DNA of 43,846 nucleotides. Source: Pseudomonadota bacterium (GTDB taxonomy: Bacteria; Pseudomonadota; Alphaproteobacteria; UBA2136; UBA6156). Position 1 is the first letter of the stretch; each line of letters starts with the position of its first letter. A model generated the notes under the pieces. The model was not told where the DNA came from. It did not search any database and worked only from the letters and a program-made list of their open reading frames with translations. The translations under genes and the position numbers were made by a program. The stretch is from assembly GCA_009927255.1 (NCBI GenBank), contig RFNJ01000124.1, positions 1 to 43,846 of the forward strand. Direction: 5' to 3'. Of the stretch, positions 40,651 through 43,846 are shown piece after piece.

Positions 40651-42312
40651 TTAAGCTACAGGTTGGGTAGATGCGGTTACAGGCTTAGCTTCCACTTTTT
40701 CCTCTTCCTCGTCGTCTTCCTCTTCGGCGAACCAGTGTTGGCGGGCGGCCATGATGAGCTTTTGGGCTTGCTTTTCGTTCAGCAGGCCTTGGGGAAGTAG
40801 TTCTTGCAGTTCGTCGGTGGCCAAGTCGCCCAGGTCATCGAGCGTTTTGATGCCTTTTTCGCCGAGTGCCAAAATCAGGTCGGCGGTCATGCCGGGCATT
40901 TTTTTCAGTTCTTCGGTGACGCCGAGTTTGGCGAGTTTTTCGGCGGCGGCGTTAATGGCGTTTTGGGCGCGGGTTTGGATTTCAGTCGCAATGCCCAAAT
41001 CCAGCCCTTCAATGCCGGCGATTTCTTCGGGGGTGACTTTCAGCAAATCATCCACGCTGCGGAAGCCTTCGGCGATGAGCAGGCGGGCCAGAACTTCATC
41101 CACATCCAAGTTCTGCATCAGGTTGGCGGAGAGCACGTTATATTCGTTGGTGCGGCGCTCGGATTCTTCGGCGTCGGTCATCACGTCGATATCCCAGCCA
41201 GTGAGGATGCTGGCCAGGCGGACGTTTTGGCCACGGCGGCCGATGGCGAGGCTGAGGTTATCTTGCGGCACCACCACTTCGATGCGGTTGTCGTCTTCAT
41301 CCAGCACCACTTTGCTGACTTGGGCGGGCTGCATGGCGCGCACCAGGAATTCGGCGGCGTTGGCGCTCCATTCGATGATATCGACACGCTCGCCTTGCAG
41401 TTCTTGCGTAACCGCTTGGACGCGGACGCCGCGGATACCGACGCAGGCGCCGACGGGGTCGAGGTTTCTATCATAGCTCTTCACCGCGATTTTGGCGCGG
41501 AAGCCGGGGTCGCGGGCGGCGCCCATCACTTCAATTGTGCCGTTGGCAATTTCGGGCACTTGCTCTTTGAACAATTCCACCAAGAACTGTGGGTGGGTGC
41601 GGCTAAGGAAGATTTGCGGGCCGCGGGCTTGGGGGTTTACTTTATAGATATAGGCGCGCACGCGGTCGTTCTGTTTGAACATTTCGCGCTGGATGATTTC
41701 GTCCTTTGGCAGCCAGGCTTCGGCGCGGCCGAGGTCCACCAGTGCGCCATTGAAATCGGCGCGTTTGACGATGCCGCTAACGATGGTGCCGACGGCGTCT
41801 TTGAACACTTCCAGCTCTTTGCTGCGTTCAACGTCCTTCACCTTTTGGAAGATGACTTGTTTGGCGGCTTGGGCGGCGACGCGGCCATCGAAGTAGCTGA
41901 GTGGCAGGTCTTGCATCAGGTATTCGCCGATTTGGATGGCGGGGTTGTTTTTTTTGGCTTCGGCCAGCAGGATTTGGCTGGGGTTGCTTTTCAGCGGGTA
42001 GCCGCGTTTATCGGACGCCGGGCGCAGTTCCGGCTCGCGGCCTTCGCGGGCGGCGGCGCGGGCTTCTTCCGGGCTGGTGGGTTCCATCACCATTTGCACC
42101 ACTTTGATGAGGCGCTTGATGGTGACGTCGCCGGTGACCCTATCAATGTGGCCTTGCACCAGCAAATCGAGAGGTTGCAGGCCGAGTTCGCCCGCCAGCT
42201 TTTTGCGGGCGGCTTGCTGGATGGCTTGTTCCATCACTTGAATCACTTGCTCTTTTTCAATGTCTTTTTCGCGGGCGACCATTTCGGCGATTTGTAGGTA
42301 TTCTAGGGCCAT
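40651..42312 (-). CDS. nusA: Transcription termination/antitermination factor NusA
   Basis: S1 and KH domains (GACVGIRGVRVQAV, AIGRRGQNVRLAS), HhH repeats, acidic tail. Confidence 0.95.
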   Translation of the reverse strand: MALEYLQIAEMVAREKDIEKEQVIQVMEQAIQQAARKKLAGELGLQPLDLLVQGHIDRVTGDVTIKRLIKVVQMVMEPTSPEEARAAAREGREPELRPASDKRGYPLKSNPSQILLAEAKKNNPAIQIGEYLMQDLPLSYFDGRVAAQAAKQVIFQKVKDVERSKELEVFKDAVGTIVSGIVKRADFNGALVDLGRAEAWLPKDEIIQREMFKQNDRVRAYIYKVNPQARGPQIFLSRTHPQFLVELFKEQVPEIANGTIEVMGAARDPGFRAKIAVKSYDRNLDPVGACVGIRGVRVQAVTQELQGERVDIIEWSANAAEFLVRAMQPAQVSKVVLDEDDNRIEVVVPQDNLSLAIGRRGQNVRLASILTGWDIDVMTDAEESERRTNEYNVLSANLMQNLDVDEVLARLLIAEGFRSVDDLLKVTPEEIAGIEGLDLGIATEIQTRAQNAINAAAEKLAKLGVTEELKKMPGMTADLILALGEKGIKTLDDLGDLATDELQELLPQGLLNEKQAQKLIMAARQHWFAEEEDDEEEEKVEAKPVTASTQPVA

Positions 42313-42325
42313 GGGGCTATCCTTT

Positions 42326-42868
42326 CTACTGTTTTAGATTTTGCTTGAGATTGGCGTTTTTGATGAGCTGATTCAGTTCATCTTCGGTGGGGTTAAGTTC
42401 GGCATTGCGCACCATTTTGAAGGGGAAGGTGATGGTGGCGGTGCCGCTGTTGATGGCCAGCGAAATTGCCTCGTCTTTAACTTCAGTAATGAACCCCGTC
42501 GCGGCGCCCAGCGGCGTTTTAAGGGCTGGAAACTGCTGCGGGCCGTGGAATTGGAAGCGCGCGTGGCGGCCAACAAAGCGCAGGCAATCGGCGGCGCTGG
42601 TGAGGGGGCGTTCGGCGCCGGGGCTGCCAACTTCCAGCGTGTAGCGGCTTTTGATGAGGTCGGCGACGTCCATTTGCGCGGAAAGGGTGCGGCTGGCTTG
42701 GGTGCAGTCTTCCAAACTGGCGGCGGTGCCGTTGGGGTTTTCGGCAAACACTTGCAGGGTGAGGCGGCCATTGACGCCCGAGAGCCGCGCCTGCACCAGC
42801 ACCAAGCCATGCGCCGCCAGCGCCTGGGCGGCGAGGGTGCTGACTTGTTGCTCGAGGGGGCTGGTCAT
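42326..42868 (-). CDS. rimP: Ribosome maturation factor RimP
   Basis: Position upstream of nusA. YTLEVGSPGAERPL motif. Confidence 0.9.
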   Translation of the reverse strand: MTSPLEQQVSTLAAQALAAHGLVLVQARLSGVNGRLTLQVFAENPNGTAASLEDCTQASRTLSAQMDVADLIKSRYTLEVGSPGAERPLTSAADCLRFVGRHARFQFHGPQQFPALKTPLGAATGFITEVKDEAISLAINSGTATITFPFKMVRNAELNPTEDELNQLIKNANLKQNLKQ

Positions 42869-42907
42869 GCCGTTTGGTTCCCTTGGTTCACTTTTTGGCC
42901 CCTGCTA

Positions 42908-42930
42908 ACAAAAACGTGGCCCTTGGCCAC
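42908..42930 (-). terminator. Possible terminator downstream of trmB
   Basis: Minus strand: GTGGCC-AAG-GGCCAC-GTTTTTGTT. Confidence 0.4.
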
Positions 42931-43008
42931 GCTGTTCAATTTTCAGCAGGGAGGCTTGATGGATTGGTATCAAGCGTTGGGCGCAATGTAGCGGGTTGGG
43001 GGGGAATG

Positions 43009-43725
43009 TCAACCCAATTTTAAACTGTTGATAAACCAAGGGAGGCGGCCAACTTTGGCGGCTTTTTGTTGGTATTTGGTGGGTATCCACCAGGTTGGTG
43101 GAGTAGCTAAATGGTGCGGGCCGAGGGTTTGCTGGTGGTTGATGGGTGATTGGGCGTTGGCTTTTACCTTGCACGCGGCGGCAGCCAGCGCGGTTTGCGG
43201 GAAGGCAAAGTGTGGCGCGTTTTGCAGCAGAGCAATGGTGTGGAAGGCATAGTCGGGCCAATCCGTTACCAACCAAAACTCCCCTTGCGGGCGCAGGGCT
43301 TGGGCGATGAGCTGAAGCAATTCCGGCTGGAGCAGGCGGCGCTTGTGGTGCTTGGATTTGGGCCAGGGGTCGGGGAACAACATAAGGATGCGGGCGGCGC
43401 TGGCGGGGGGGATGGTTTGCAGGAGTTCGCGCGCGTCTTGGTTGCAGATTTTCAGGTTGGGTTGGGGGTGTTTTTGGAGCTGTTGATGGACGACTTCGAG
43501 GCCGTTCAGGTAAATTTCGCAGCCTAAAAAGCTGGCTTTGGGGTTATTTTGGGCACGATTGAGTATCGCCATGCCGTTGCCGATGCCGAGTTCGATTTCG
43601 AGTTCATTTGTTTGGGCCAGCCAGTTGGCAGTGGGGGCGTGGGATTGGAGGGATTGTTTGAGGGCGGCTTGCTCGCTGGGCTTCATGCGGCTGGCGAGGC
43701 GGCCGGTGGTGGGGAGGGGCTTCAT
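43009..43725 (-). CDS. trmB: tRNA (guanine-N7)-methyltransferase TrmB
   Basis: ELGIGNG, FLGCEIY, LFPDPWPK.KHHKRR motifs. Confidence 0.9.
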   Translation of the reverse strand: MKPLPTTGRLASRMKPSEQAALKQSLQSHAPTANWLAQTNELEIELGIGNGMAILNRAQNNPKASFLGCEIYLNGLEVVHQQLQKHPQPNLKICNQDARELLQTIPPASAARILMLFPDPWPKSKHHKRRLLQPELLQLIAQALRPQGEFWLVTDWPDYAFHTIALLQNAPHFAFPQTALAAAACKVKANAQSPINHQQTLGPHHLATPPTWWIPTKYQQKAAKVGRLPWFINSLKLG

Positions 43726-43846
43726 GGCTTTGATTTAGCGGAGAGTGGGGGATGGGGCAAGGTGGAGGGTTGTTTTATTTTGAGTTTTAATGTATGCGGG
43801 TTGTGACGACATCGCGGTTGGTCACCGCTTGCCTTTTGGAGATGCC

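Noticed and set aside
40804-42297. 497-aa plus-strand ORF antisense to nusA
   Set aside because: Shadow ORF. nusA on the minus strand has S1, KH and HhH motifs.
1-43846. CRISPR arrays, tRNA/rRNA genes, transposases, integrases, prophage blocks
   Set aside because: None was recognisable. The only repeats are the palindromic A/B elements and the duplicated islet leaders.

Overview
GC-rich (by eye) chromosomal segment, most likely from a flagellated alphaproteobacterium. This is inferred from the petABC cytochrome bc1 operon, the flgF-flgG-flgA-flgH and fliQ-fliR-flhB gene order, a FliX-like gene, and an RSH protein starting (M/V)IRQYEL. About 55 CDS are supportable. Housekeeping genes: pth, ychF, two RNA methyltransferases, msrB, petABC, bamD, uvrA, spoT/rel, acpS, rnfH, nusA, rimP, trmB. 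A large flagellar region spans 13.3-26.2 kb: fliW, csrA, flgL, flgK, flgN, a flgJ-like rod-binding gene, flgI, flgB, flgC, fliE, fliQ, fliR, a fliX-like gene, flhB, flgH, flgA, flgG, flgF. Three c-di-GMP genes lie at 26.3-31.8 kb. No tRNA, rRNA, CRISPR array, transposase or integrase was recognised. Signals worth a second look: (1) A small low-GC islet between uvrA and spoT (35.7-36.9 kb) holds three short self-contained cassettes. They share a triplicated promoter/leader and near-identical terminators, and encode two unrecognised paralogs (both start MSTFYL) flanking a 3-TM protein. (2) Five sigma54 -24/-12 promoters are readable in the flagellar region. Three of them (flgK, flgI, flgF) sit with exactly the same spacing, 12 nt from the -12 GC to the ATG, which implies leaderless mRNAs. 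(3) A family of nested palindromic repeats (5 copies in the first 11 kb) has conserved outer arms, and the inner stems of the B copies differ in sequence yet stay perfectly paired. These repeats bracket single accessory genes. (4) Tandem CIRCE-like operators sit in front of an hsp20 gene. All functional calls come from reading the translated ORFs and motifs by eye; no database search was possible.
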